Shown here: positions 45,969 to 55,381 of the stretch, one piece after another | How positions within the stretch are numbered: position 1 is the stretch's first letter | Layout: the number at the start of each line of letters is the position of its first letter | Source: an uncultured Myxococcales bacterium | GTDB taxonomy: Bacteria; Myxococcota; Kuafuiibacteriia; Kuafuiibacteriales; Kuafuiibacteriaceae | Length of the DNA stretch: 64,000 nt | Assembly (NCBI GenBank): GCA_964519665.1 | Contig: CAZFIV010000008.1 | Coordinates: 14,913-78,912, forward strand | Reading direction: 5' to 3' | The notes under the pieces: generated by a model | Told to the model about the DNA's origin: nothing | What the model saw: only the letters and a program-made list of their open reading frames with translations | The model's database searches: none | Position numbers and translations under genes: made by a program

Positions 45969-47078
45969 CTATAGCAGCAGAAAAGCGACGAACGCCGCGG
46001 CGGCGAGAAAGAAGACCGCTCCTAGGATCAGAATCATGAGCTCCCAAGCGGCGCCCTTTCGGGTGACCTTCTCGATCTCACTGTTCATCGCCCGAAGGAC
46101 TTCGGGGTCGACGCCGTCGTCGATGACGGGAGGCGGCCCGGTGTTGGGAGGCGACAGTTCCAGGCCGTCGTCGACGGGGGCCGGAGGTTCATCGACGTAT
46201 AGGTCGGACGCGGCGTCCGGTACGTCGGAGACCTCAGGCATCGCATGGTCGAACTCGCGACTATCCCCGGCCGCCGTATCGTCGGTGGCGCGGGGACCAA
46301 GGCCCGTTTCTTCCGGTCCGCCCATCTGATCAAGAAGCCGAGAGGGAGGATCGATGAAGATGAGTTTCACCCCACCGACCTGCAGTTCGTCGCCGTCCTT
46401 GAGCATTGGAGCGCCGTCGATCTGCTTACCGTTGAGCAGGACACCGTTCTTACTTGCCAGGTCTTGGGCAGTAAAACCGTGCCAGTTGCGCTTGATCAGG
46501 CAGTGCCGGCGCGAGGTGTTCTGGTCATTGAGGGTGATGTCGCAGTCAGGGCTCCGACCGATCGTGATCTCCGCGGCGTCCTCCGACAGCTCGAAGCGGC
46601 GCCCCTCATCGGTGCCGTTCATGATGCGCAGCGCGGGCGGATCCGCCTGATTGGAGCCCAGCGACGCTAGCACTTCCTGGACCATCCGGCGGGCGAGCGC
46701 CTCGGTCTTCTCGCCGGGCTTGCGGTCGAGCATCGTGCCGACCGTGGTCTTGAAGGTGATGTGAAACGACATGATTTTGATCATGTCGCCGTCGCGAAGG
46801 AGGCGCTTTTCGCCAGGCGCAACCTTGCGGCCATTGTGTTCAGTGCCGTGGGTAGAGCCGAGGTCTTCGAGGAAGTAGTCCCCCATCTCGAAAAAGATTC
46901 GCGCATGACGCCGAGAAACCGTCGTTAGGGGCACTTGAATGTCGTTGGCGGGGTCGCGGCCGAGCGAGATGACCGACTGCTGAAAGTCGTAGGAAAACGC
47001 GCGGGGCTCCCGTTGGGGGAGCGTCAGTTCGACTTTCAGATGAACTGGCGGGGTTTGCCTAGCAGCCGACTCGCCCAT
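45969..47078 (-). CDS. Dual-FHA-domain protein with a C-terminal TM anchor
   Basis: FHA1 is ISLGRDPANDIQVPLTTVSRRHARIFF...LGSTHGTEHNGRKV. FHA2 is ITIGRSPDCDITLNDQNTSRRHCLI...DLASKNGVLLNGKQI. The protein ends in a TM helix (LMILILGAVFFLAAAAFVAFLLL). Confidence 0.85.
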   Translation of the reverse strand: MGESAARQTPPVHLKVELTLPQREPRAFSYDFQQSVISLGRDPANDIQVPLTTVSRRHARIFFEMGDYFLEDLGSTHGTEHNGRKVAPGEKRLLRDGDMIKIMSFHITFKTTVGTMLDRKPGEKTEALARRMVQEVLASLGSNQADPPALRIMNGTDEGRRFELSEDAAEITIGRSPDCDITLNDQNTSRRHCLIKRNWHGFTAQDLASKNGVLLNGKQIDGAPMLKDGDELQVGGVKLIFIDPPSRLLDQMGGPEETGLGPRATDDTAAGDSREFDHAMPEVSDVPDAASDLYVDEPPAPVDDGLELSPPNTGPPPVIDDGVDPEVLRAMNSEIEKVTRKGAAWELMILILGAVFFLAAAAFVAFLLL

Positions 47079-47096
47079 AGGTACCGACGCGGTGTT

Positions 47097-48320
47097 CTAC
47101 TCCATCTGAAGCTTCTTCACGAGTTGCTTGCACTCGCCGACCTGAGATGGCCACTGGGGGACCGTTCGGTCTTTGTTCACCTCGGTTGCACAGGTGATGA
47201 AGTCCTGGCACAGGCGGATGGTTTTGGCCGTCTCGAAGTTCTTGTCGGCGGCCTTCGCGAGCTCGTAATAAGCCGGGCAGTAGTAGGGGTCGAGCTTCAC
47301 GGTGTTTTCCCATTCATTGACCGCCTGGTCAGGCAGTCCTTTCTCCGCGTAGATATTGCCCAAATCGAAGTGGTTGGTCGGGTTGCCCGGATCCAAGCGG
47401 ATACGGTCCAAGAACTGCTTGATGGCCGCGTCGTTGCGGGCGCACCGCTCGTACGCCACGCCGAGGTTTTGGCGCGCGCCGACGGCGACATCGTTCGCTC
47501 CCTTGCTCCGCAGCGCGGTGATGTAAGACTGGATGGCTTCCCCACATCGTGAGGTCTCGAGATAGGTGTTTCCGAGATTGTAAGCGCAGATGGGGTTCTC
47601 GGGATCGATCTCCAGGCATCGCTTGAAGTTCTGTTCCGCCGAGGCGAACTTCTTTTCGATCAGGTCCATGAACCCCAGATGATGGCGGGCGTTGAAGTTC
47701 TCGGGGTTCATCTCGAGGAGCCGGATCAAGTGTCGGCGAGCCTCGCGGTAGTGTTCGCGCCGCCCTTCGGTATCCCCCTGATCGCCGATGATGGTGCCCT
47801 GGCGCATCAGGCACATCCCCCGGTTTTCGCGCGCGTCGAAATAGCCCGGATCGATCTCCAACGCGGCCAAGTACTCATCGCACGCCGCCGAGTAGTTCGG
47901 GGGGTTCTGGCGGAAGAACACGGTACCGAGGTTGTTGTGGGCCTGAGCGAAGTCGGCGTTCACCGCGAGTGCGTCTTTGAAGTGCTGCGCTGCCTGCTCG
48001 AGATCACCGTGGCAAGACAGCGCGACCATTCCGAGGCAGTTGTAGGGATGCTCGAAGTTTGGACCGTACTCGAGGGCCAGGCGACACCGCTCTTCGGCCT
48101 GCACGCATAGGCCTTGCTCGAGGTAGGTGACGCCGAGGTCATGGTGCTTGATGGCCTCGCGATGAACCCCCCGGTCGGTGCACGACGCGCAGTCCGCGGT
48201 CATGAACGCCGCGACCAACAGGAACCCGAAGGTGCGGCGATGACCAGGGAGCGGGGCCCAGCCGAGGCTACGGCGCTCCGCGCCGGATACGTGTGGTCTT
48301 TGGTGGGGCCGTTTTTTCAC
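47097..48320 (-). CDS. TPR-repeat protein (secreted or lipoprotein)
   Basis: Many tandem TPR units are present (YNCLGMVALSCHGDLEQAAQHFKDAL; AHNNLGTVFFRQ...; AYNLGNTYLETSR...). There is an N-terminal hydrophobic segment with a Cys. Confidence 0.8.
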   Translation of the reverse strand: MKKRPHQRPHVSGAERRSLGWAPLPGHRRTFGFLLVAAFMTADCASCTDRGVHREAIKHHDLGVTYLEQGLCVQAEERCRLALEYGPNFEHPYNCLGMVALSCHGDLEQAAQHFKDALAVNADFAQAHNNLGTVFFRQNPPNYSAACDEYLAALEIDPGYFDARENRGMCLMRQGTIIGDQGDTEGRREHYREARRHLIRLLEMNPENFNARHHLGFMDLIEKKFASAEQNFKRCLEIDPENPICAYNLGNTYLETSRCGEAIQSYITALRSKGANDVAVGARQNLGVAYERCARNDAAIKQFLDRIRLDPGNPTNHFDLGNIYAEKGLPDQAVNEWENTVKLDPYYCPAYYELAKAADKNFETAKTIRLCQDFITCATEVNKDRTVPQWPSQVGECKQLVKKLQME

Positions 48321-48472
48321 AGCGAATCTCCGTCATCCAAGCTTTGGCAGGTCAGAGCGATAACGTCGATGGCGAGCGCAGACCAGGACCGGTTGGTGAT
48401 GGCTTCGTGTCGGTCGACGCTTGCCAACGCGCGGTTGACTCCCGTCGCCGCCGCGGAAAGCCTCTCACCGTC

Positions 48473-49036
48473 GTGCGTCATTTCAGCCTCTCTCTGCTGC
48501 TCGCGGCCAGCGCCGCGGCCGCGTTGGCCGGACTCACCGTCCCGACGTCGGCCCACGCCCAATACAAGAACAACCAATTCGGGTTCGAGGGCGGATACAT
48601 GTACATCGGCGACGGCACCGGTCTCGATTCCAGCGGGGCGCTGATCGGCATGCGCGCCGCATACAAAGCCAGCGACCATTGGTGGTTTTCGGCTCGAGCG
48701 GGTCTTTCGTTTCGTGGAGACGAGATTCCGGGCGTCGGCAGCACTCGCGATAACACCGTCGTATTGTTCCATTTGGTACCGGTGGCGGCTCGCTATTACT
48801 TCCTGACCGACTTCACGCGACCCTTCGTGGGCGTCACCAACTCGCTATTGTTTCTGACCAATCAAGAGGTCGATACGAGCGTGCTGTGGGGGCCCGGCGT
48901 CAGCGCAGGGATAGAATTTCGGCTGCGCCGCGACCTGTTTTTAGGCTTTCAGGCCGACGCGTATTACATGATTTCCCTAGATATCGACGACGCCCCGCTG
49001 GTGACTTTCACCACGCAGATCAACTTCTTTCTCTAA
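48473..49036 (+). CDS. Small outer-membrane beta-barrel protein (OmpW/OmpA-N-like)
   Basis: A GTG start at 48473 gives the signal peptide MRHFSLSLLLAASAAAALAGLTVPTSAHA. Alternating-hydrophobic strands follow, and the protein ends in a C-terminal aromatic (...QINFFL). Confidence 0.65.
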   Translation: MRHFSLSLLLAASAAAALAGLTVPTSAHAQYKNNQFGFEGGYMYIGDGTGLDSSGALIGMRAAYKASDHWWFSARAGLSFRGDEIPGVGSTRDNTVVLFHLVPVAARYYFLTDFTRPFVGVTNSLLFLTNQEVDTSVLWGPGVSAGIEFRLRRDLFLGFQADAYYMISLDIDDAPLVTFTTQINFFL

Positions 49037-49166
49037 ATGTAGCATTGGCACCTACCAAAGCTGCGCCGAAAACCAGGGATCGTCCGGGGCTCCTCAGAAA
49101 TCCCTAGGCGGCAACGGGCTACGAGGTAGACAAGCCGTCCGTGCTTGAGTGATACGGTACTCCTCT

Positions 49167-49775
49167 ATGGTGTTGCGGTCCTCTCTCGACCTCGAACTGC
49201 GACCCTTGCTGAAAGCTCTGCGAAACCGAATCGACGGGCTGCGGGGTACGGTAATGGAGCCTAAGGACCGGCTCGAGGTGTTCAGCCGCGACGGGGTGCC
49301 GTTCATGCAGCTCGAGATTCGACGAGACCACATGAACGTCGACCTATGGCTGTCCGAGGATAAGCTGAGAGAGGCTCGAGCTACGGATCTCGCCCGGCCC
49401 CACCCGTTCGACCCGGAGCACGCGGTGGTCGTCCGCTTCGAGCGCGCGACCGACCTCACAAAAGTCGCGCGATGGCTCGAAGACGCTCACGCGTACGCGA
49501 AAGTTCGCAAAAAGACTTATTCGAGTGGTCCCGCCGCCCCGGCGGAACCGAAACGGGCCCCGAGCAAATCCCGACCGCCGGTGGTCGTCGAAGCCAAGCC
49601 CGCCAAGAAGGCTGCCGCTCCCAAGAAGAAGACCGCCCGAAGCTCGAAGGCTGCCCGGAGCGCGAAGCCCCCCGCCACGGTGACCAAGGCCAAGAAGACG
49701 CCGGTCAAGAAGGCGACCGCCGGCGCGGCCAAGCGACCGAGCGCAAAGCGATCGACCGCCGCCCGCCGAGCGTGA
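49167..49775 (+). CDS. Protein with a histone H1-like Lys/Ala/Pro-rich C-terminal tail
   Basis: An N-terminal globular domain of about 120 aa is followed by PVVVEAKPAKKAAAPKKKTARSSKAARSAKPPATVTKAKKTPVKKATAGAAKRPSAKR, which are AKKA/PKKA-type DNA-binding repeats. Confidence 0.6.
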   Translation: MVLRSSLDLELRPLLKALRNRIDGLRGTVMEPKDRLEVFSRDGVPFMQLEIRRDHMNVDLWLSEDKLREARATDLARPHPFDPEHAVVVRFERATDLTKVARWLEDAHAYAKVRKKTYSSGPAAPAEPKRAPSKSRPPVVVEAKPAKKAAAPKKKTARSSKAARSAKPPATVTKAKKTPVKKATAGAAKRPSAKRSTAARRA

Positions 49776-49813
49776 GTTACCCGCCGCCCAGTCAGCCTCC
49801 CGTTGAATGACCC

Positions 49814-49834
49814 GCCGAGTCGGATTCGCTCGGC
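49814..49834 (+). terminator. Possible stem-loop (GCCGAG-tcggattcg-CTCGGC) 39 nt after the stop of the histone-like gene
   Basis: The hairpin is read directly from the sequence and has no U-tract. Intrinsic terminators are poorly defined in high-GC genomes. Confidence 0.2.
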
Positions 49835-49979
49835 TTGGTGAAGTTGATCTCCGGTTTGAGACACGCGGCCGCCCCAAGCAAACTTGAGGCCGTTCCGTGG
49901 CCGCTGAGGGCTCGGGTGAGGAGCAACACTTTCGATGGTACGACCCGCTCCTCTCGACCACAACATCTAGTGCCGGTGA

Positions 49980-52814
49980 TTGACACCGCCAAAGTGCCGA
50001 CTCTACCGTTTGGAACCCATGCAAGCCCCTGAGACCGCCCCCCCTTTCCCACCCAACGGCGAGCCCGTCGATATCCAAGCCGGCGACCGGGTGCAGCACC
50101 TCGCGGTGCGAGCCCCCGAGATTCAGCGCCGCGGTGTCGAGGTCGACCGGATGTTCACGCAGCCCGGGGAGCAGGTCTGGGACACCGTCCAATGGGAGAA
50201 GCGAACCGCGACGATCACCGACGGCAAGGGTCAGGTGGTCTTCGAGCAAACGAACGTCGATGCGCCATCCTCCTGGAGCCCGCTCGCGGTCAACGTCGTC
50301 GCGTCGAAGTATTTCCGGGGGCACCTGGGAACCAAGGAGCGCGAGACGTCGGTCAAGCAGCTCATCAAGCGGGTGGCCCACACCATCTACGAATGGGGTC
50401 GCGCCGACGGGTACTTCGAGACACAAGCGGACGCCGAGGCGTTTCGCGACGAACTGACGTTCATGCTCCTTCACCAGTACTACGCCTTCAACTCGCCAGT
50501 CTGGTTCAACGTGGGCGTCGAGCCTCATCCGCAGTGTTCAGCCTGCTTCATCAACTCCGTGGACGACTCCATGGAGTCGATCATGGAGCTTGCGAAGACT
50601 GAAGCGCGCCTCTTCAAGGGCGGGTCGGGCGCCGGCGCCAATCTCTCGAAGATTCGGGGCAGCATGGAAAAGCTGAACGGCGGGGGAACCGCCTCCGGCC
50701 CGGTGAGCTTCATGCGCGGGTTCGACGCGTTCGCGGGGGTCATCAAGTCGGGCGGCAAGACCCGCCGGGCGGCGAAAATGGTCATCCTGGACTGCGACCA
50801 TCCAGACATTCAGGCCTTCATCGATTGCAAGGCCGACGAAGAGAAGAAGGCGTGGGCCCTGATCGAGCAAGGGTACGACGGCTCCTTCACCGGCGAAGCG
50901 TATGGTTCGGTCTTCTTTCAGAACGCCAATCACTCGATCCGAGCGACCGATGACTTCATGCGGGCCGCCGTCGAAGACCGCAAGTGGACGCTTCACGGTC
51001 GCCATGACGCGAGCATCACTTCCGAGGTCTCGGCCCGGCAGCTGCTGATGTCGGCGGCCGAGGCCACCCATGTGTGTGGCGACCCCGGCATCCAGTACGA
51101 CTCGACGATCAACCTTTGGCACACGTGCCAGGCGACCGACCGCATCAACGCCTCGAATCCGTGCTCCGAGTACATGTTCCTCGACGACTCGGCCTGCAAC
51201 CTGGGGTCGCTCAATCTCCTGCGATTCGCCGACGAAAACGGCGAGTTCCAGACCGAACGCTTCCGCCATGCGTGCGTGATCGCCACGATGGCGCAGGAGA
51301 TCATCGTCGACAACGCGAGCTACCCGACCGCTCTCATCGCGCAGAACAGCCACGACTACCGGCCACTGGGGTTGGGGTACGCCAACCTGGGCGCCCTCTT
51401 GATGGCGCGCGGTGCTCCCTACGACGCCGACAGCGGGCGAAACCTGGCCGCGGGCATCACGGCGCTCATGACCGGTACGGCGTACGCGACCAGCGCGGAG
51501 ATCGCCCAAGCGCGCGGGCCGTTCACCGGTTACCTCGCGAATCGGTCCTCGTTCCTCAGCGTCATGAACATGCACCGCGACCACGCGTACGCCCTCGATG
51601 ACGCCATGATTCCGGCCGACCTTCGCACCGCGGCGCTGCGCGCCTGGGACGAGGTCGTCCGGCGCGGCGAAGTCCACGGCTTCCGAAACGCCCAGGTCAG
51701 CGTCCTCGCTCCCACGGGCACCATCGCCTTTATGATGGACTGCGATACGACGGGCATCGAACCGGATATCGCCCTCATCAAATACAAGCGCCTCGTCGGC
51801 GGCGGCATGCTGAAGATCGTCAACCAGACGGTTCCGCGGGCCCTGCACCGGCTCGGCTACTCCGAAAAAGAGATGGCCGGGATTCTCGAGTATATCGAGA
51901 AGGAAGAGACGATCGAAGGCGCTCCATTCCTCAAGGACGAGCACCTGCCGGTGTTCGACTGCGCCTTCCGGGCCCAAAAGGGCACTCGCTCGATCGCTCC
52001 GATGGGCCATATCAAGATGATGGCGGCCGTGCAGCCCTTCCTGTCCGGCGCTATCTCGAAGACCGTCAACGTGCCGGAAGACGCGAGCGCCGACGACATC
52101 TTCGAAATGTACGTGCAGGCGTGGCGGCTGGGCCTGAAGGCGGTCGCCGTCTATCGCGACAACTCGAAGCGCTCGCAACCACTCGCGACCAACAAAGACA
52201 AACAGTCAGGCCCGCAAAACGCCTCGACCCCGACCGGCACGGATGCAAAGCCCTGGCGCCGGCCGCTGCCCACCGAGCGGGCCGCCATTACCCACAAGTT
52301 CGCGGTCGGCGGTCACGAAGGCTACCTCACGGTCGGCCTCTACGACGACGGCACCCCAGGAGAACTGTTCATCACGATGTCCAAGGAGGGGTCCACGATC
52401 TCCGGCTTGATGGACACCATCTCCACATCGATTTCGCTGGCGCTCCAATATGGTGTTCCTGTGGGCGTGCTGGTCGATAAGTTCAGCCACATGCGGTTCG
52501 AGCCATCGGGCTTTACGGGCAACCCGAACATCCCGATTGCGAAGTCGATCGTCGATTACATCTTCCGCTGGATCGGTCAGAAATTCATCAAGACCGAAGA
52601 GGCTGTCGACTCGACGATGAGCACCCAGGCGGAGCGAGCGCTTCAGGCGGCTCTCGGCCAAAATCAGATGTCGCTGCCGATGGAGAGCTACGAAAAAGAG
52701 GTCTTTCGAACCCAAGCCGACGCTCCGCCCTGCCCTCAGTGCGGAAGCATCACTGTGCGGTCGGGGGCCTGCTACGCGTGCACCAACTGCGGCGCGACCA
52801 CCGGGTGTAGTTAA
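49980..52814 (+). CDS. nrdJ: Adenosylcobalamin-dependent ribonucleotide reductase (class II)
   Basis: The active-site region is NPCSEYMFLDDSACNLGSLNL, and the C-terminal Zn ribbon is CPQCGSITVRSGACYACTNCG. The length of about 930 aa is typical of myxobacterial and actinobacterial NrdJ. The start may be the Met at 50019. Confidence 0.9.
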   Translation: MTPPKCRLYRLEPMQAPETAPPFPPNGEPVDIQAGDRVQHLAVRAPEIQRRGVEVDRMFTQPGEQVWDTVQWEKRTATITDGKGQVVFEQTNVDAPSSWSPLAVNVVASKYFRGHLGTKERETSVKQLIKRVAHTIYEWGRADGYFETQADAEAFRDELTFMLLHQYYAFNSPVWFNVGVEPHPQCSACFINSVDDSMESIMELAKTEARLFKGGSGAGANLSKIRGSMEKLNGGGTASGPVSFMRGFDAFAGVIKSGGKTRRAAKMVILDCDHPDIQAFIDCKADEEKKAWALIEQGYDGSFTGEAYGSVFFQNANHSIRATDDFMRAAVEDRKWTLHGRHDASITSEVSARQLLMSAAEATHVCGDPGIQYDSTINLWHTCQATDRINASNPCSEYMFLDDSACNLGSLNLLRFADENGEFQTERFRHACVIATMAQEIIVDNASYPTALIAQNSHDYRPLGLGYANLGALLMARGAPYDADSGRNLAAGITALMTGTAYATSAEIAQARGPFTGYLANRSSFLSVMNMHRDHAYALDDAMIPADLRTAALRAWDEVVRRGEVHGFRNAQVSVLAPTGTIAFMMDCDTTGIEPDIALIKYKRLVGGGMLKIVNQTVPRALHRLGYSEKEMAGILEYIEKEETIEGAPFLKDEHLPVFDCAFRAQKGTRSIAPMGHIKMMAAVQPFLSGAISKTVNVPEDASADDIFEMYVQAWRLGLKAVAVYRDNSKRSQPLATNKDKQSGPQNASTPTGTDAKPWRRPLPTERAAITHKFAVGGHEGYLTVGLYDDGTPGELFITMSKEGSTISGLMDTISTSISLALQYGVPVGVLVDKFSHMRFEPSGFTGNPNIPIAKSIVDYIFRWIGQKFIKTEEAVDSTMSTQAERALQAALGQNQMSLPMESYEKEVFRTQADAPPCPQCGSITVRSGACYACTNCGATTGCS

Positions 52815-52835
52815 ACTGCAGCCGCCCCGCTGGGG

Positions 52836-54212
52836 TCACGCGGCGTGGATTTCCGCCCCCACCATCTTCTCCCAGTAGGGAACCAAGTCGAGCTGCAGGT
52901 CGAGGCGCTTCAGCATGTTGAAGATGCCCCCAAGCTTGCGATGCAGAAAGATGAGCTTTCTCGGCGGCGGCGAATACTGAAGGCTCTGCGAAAAGTTGTA
53001 CCCAATCTCGCGGGCCTGCTGAGAGTAATCGCTGTTACTGAACTTGAAGGGCTGCCGGTGCGGGGTGAAAGGCACCATCGCCGACTGCAAGAGGTCCGCA
53101 AAGAGGTTGCGAGCTTCGTCGCCTTCCCGCGCATCCAAGAGATCGAACTCGATCCCGGCCTCGATGATCGCTTCGCGATTGCCCGTCCCGAGTACGGTCA
53201 ACAGGCGCACGTAGTTTTGTCGGAAGCTGTCGTCGTAGGACATCGCAGCTCCGAGATCGAGCAGCACCAATCGCCGCTCGGCCCCCCGAACCAGGAAGTT
53301 TGATGGATTGGGGTCGGTCTGCACGAATCCCCACTCGAAGAATTCAAGGCAGTACAGATCGAGGATCGTCCTCCCCAGCCACTCACGGTCGGCGTACGAA
53401 GGGTCGGTGCCCAGCCATTGCCGCATCGATACGCCCTCTTCCCAAGTCATGGTCAGGACACGTTGACTGGACACATCGGCGAACGGGCGAGGCACGATGA
53501 ATCGATGTTCCCCGCTCAGCAGTCGACGATAGTGCTCGAGATGCTTTGCCTCCTCGCGGTAGTCGGCCTCCTGTAGCAGGAGGGTCTTCATCTCTTCGAA
53601 GATCCCCGCGAGGTCGATCTTCTTGCCGGTGAGCGACATCCAGCTCTGCGAGACCCGCTGGAGCATCGCGACATCCGACTCGATCGACTTGTCGATGCCG
53701 GGATACTGGACCTTCACCGCCACCGGCGTCCCTTCGAAGCGAGCCTGGTGGACCTGTCCGATGCTCGCGGAAGCGGCGGGCGTCGTGGAGAAGCCTTCGA
53801 GACGATCCGGCCACTCGGGCCCCAGCTCGCTGTCGAGGACGCCCTTGATGACCTCGAAGTCGACCGGCTCAGCGTCGGACTGGAGCTTGCCCAGAATCTC
53901 GATCGCTTCCCGGGGCAGATAGTCGCTCGCATCGAGGCTCAGTAGCTGTCCGGCCTTCATGGCCGCGCCCTTCAACTGGCTGAGATTCTCGGTGATGATT
54001 TGGGCTTGGCGGATCTTCGTCTTCAACGTGTCGGACGCCAGCGCGTCGACCGATCGACTAAGGGTCTTTTTGACCTTATGGGTGACTTCATGACCAGCGA
54101 TCTGCGCCGCCATGTTGAGGATTTTGCTCGACCGGCTGAAGATCCCGGTTTTCGGTCCTTTGTTTGCCACGACGACTACATCGATGTAGGGCTCGACCGG
54201 GGGTCCGTTCAA
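52836..54212 (-). CDS. UbiB/ABC1-family atypical protein kinase
   Basis: ABC1 motifs are present (AASASIGQVHQARFEGTPVAVKVQYPGI; HADPHPGN-equivalent TDPNPSNFLV; LLDLGAAM). The track ORF begins with TTG, so the true start may be the internal ATG. Confidence 0.85.
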   Translation of the reverse strand: MNGPPVEPYIDVVVVANKGPKTGIFSRSSKILNMAAQIAGHEVTHKVKKTLSRSVDALASDTLKTKIRQAQIITENLSQLKGAAMKAGQLLSLDASDYLPREAIEILGKLQSDAEPVDFEVIKGVLDSELGPEWPDRLEGFSTTPAASASIGQVHQARFEGTPVAVKVQYPGIDKSIESDVAMLQRVSQSWMSLTGKKIDLAGIFEEMKTLLLQEADYREEAKHLEHYRRLLSGEHRFIVPRPFADVSSQRVLTMTWEEGVSMRQWLGTDPSYADREWLGRTILDLYCLEFFEWGFVQTDPNPSNFLVRGAERRLVLLDLGAAMSYDDSFRQNYVRLLTVLGTGNREAIIEAGIEFDLLDAREGDEARNLFADLLQSAMVPFTPHRQPFKFSNSDYSQQAREIGYNFSQSLQYSPPPRKLIFLHRKLGGIFNMLKRLDLQLDLVPYWEKMVGAEIHAA

Positions 54213-54243
54213 GGATCAAATAAGGATCAAATAAGGATCAAAT
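54211..54243. repeat. Tandem 11-bp repeat (aaggatcaaat x3) between the YkgJ-like gene and the UbiB-like gene
   Basis: Read directly from the sequence. On the coding (minus) strand of both flanking genes it reads TTGATCCTTAT x3, immediately upstream of the UbiB start region. Confidence 0.85.
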
Positions 54244-54948
54244 CGCTCCCCAATCCAACGAACGGTCGTCTAGCCAATGCCCGTACCGCTGAAACCACCA
54301 GGGGTAAACTTGGACCGGCCCCACGCCCGGCACAAGCTCCCGGAACCATCGTCGCATCTGTCGCGCCCCCGCTAGCCGATCCACCCGCTCCGTCGGCAAG
54401 ATACGAAGCCGCTCATGGGTCCGATGACAGCCGTAGGGTTCGCCTCGCGCCTCGTCGCGGGCTTGTCCGAAGGTCCGGGCATTGAGCTCGCGCACGGGAT
54501 AGACCGAACACTTTCCCCCCTGCGCCAATAGTGGACACCGAAAACGGATCCGAGCAGCCACTTCGTCTCGCTCCGGTCCGGGCTCAATCCAATCCAGAAG
54601 GGCGAGTTCATCCTCGAACTGCCCAGCGATCTGACGCATCTCGTCGGAGATCCGCCGGCGCTCATCGACGGTCCTGGATCGGAGCAGGTCGTCGGCGACG
54701 AGCAGGAACTCGGGCGCTGAAACGAAGACCGCCTCGTGACAACAGTCATCGCAGCCCGCCCGGCACGGCAGACTCAGGCCGAGGGCCCCGGACTCCACGG
54801 CGGCGTCGATCATTCGGTAGACCTGTCGGACCGCGGCCAAAACGGGCCCTGGTTCAGCCCCGAGCCCCATCTCGCGGCTCAGTCCTCGTACCGCGGCGCG
54901 ATGCTCACCCGACGACCGACGGTCGTCGCTATCGCCCGCTGGCTTCAT
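54238..54948 (-). CDS. YkgJ/UPF0153-family Cys-cluster (putative Fe-S or Zn) protein
   Basis: It carries the CxxxCxxCC signature (CRAGCDDCCH) and downstream conserved Cys residues (RCPLLAQGGKCSVYPVR). Confidence 0.7.
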   Translation of the reverse strand: MKPAGDSDDRRSSGEHRAAVRGLSREMGLGAEPGPVLAAVRQVYRMIDAAVESGALGLSLPCRAGCDDCCHEAVFVSAPEFLLVADDLLRSRTVDERRRISDEMRQIAGQFEDELALLDWIEPGPERDEVAARIRFRCPLLAQGGKCSVYPVRELNARTFGQARDEARGEPYGCHRTHERLRILPTERVDRLAGARQMRRWFRELVPGVGPVQVYPWWFQRYGHWLDDRSLDWGAI

Positions 54949-55381
54949 CGGCGCCCACCACGATATCGAAGTGGTCCTGGGGCGTTATCAGCAACGCTCG
55001 CTGTGGCCGGTAGTGCACATCGGGCGGCAAGCCTTGAGGATCTCGAAAGTCGCGTAAGTCAATGCCGTGGGGACCGACCTCCAGCCGAGAAATCGGGTAG
55101 CGATACTTCCCATCAAGCACGAGTTGGGCGTTCGTCAGCACCCGAGTCCGGTTGCGGACGACGACGAGCCGAGTCTCGTACTCGGCCCGGTAGGAGACCG
55201 CGACCGACCCATCGCCCAGACTCAACATGAACACGAACACCCCGGTGGCGATGACATCGACCACCAAGAACGAGATGATCATGATCCGGAGGCGCTGAAA
55301 ACGTCCGAGGTCACGGTAGGCTTCCCGGGCCTCGCGAAAGGCCCGATCGAGGCGCCGTTTGATATCGTCGAAGCCAGCCAT
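54929..55381 (-). CDS. Hypothetical small membrane protein
   Basis: The 150-aa product has one TM helix (IMIISFLVVDVIATGVFVFMLSL). It overlaps the downstream gene by 20 bp. Confidence 0.5.
   Translation of the reverse strand: MAGFDDIKRRLDRAFREAREAYRDLGRFQRLRIMIISFLVVDVIATGVFVFMLSLGDGSVAVSYRAEYETRLVVVRNRTRVLTNAQLVLDGKYRYPISRLEVGPHGIDLRDFRDPQGLPPDVHYRPQRALLITPQDHFDIVVGADEASGR

Noticed and set aside
49776-50018. A possible cobalamin riboswitch in the nrdJ leader.
   Set aside because: Partial resemblances exist (GGUGAAG...CUCC, GGCCGCUG), but the B12 box and the GCCACUG pseudoknot element are not matched. NrdJ is B12-dependent, so repression by B12 would also be biologically unexpected. I left it as an unassigned structured leader.
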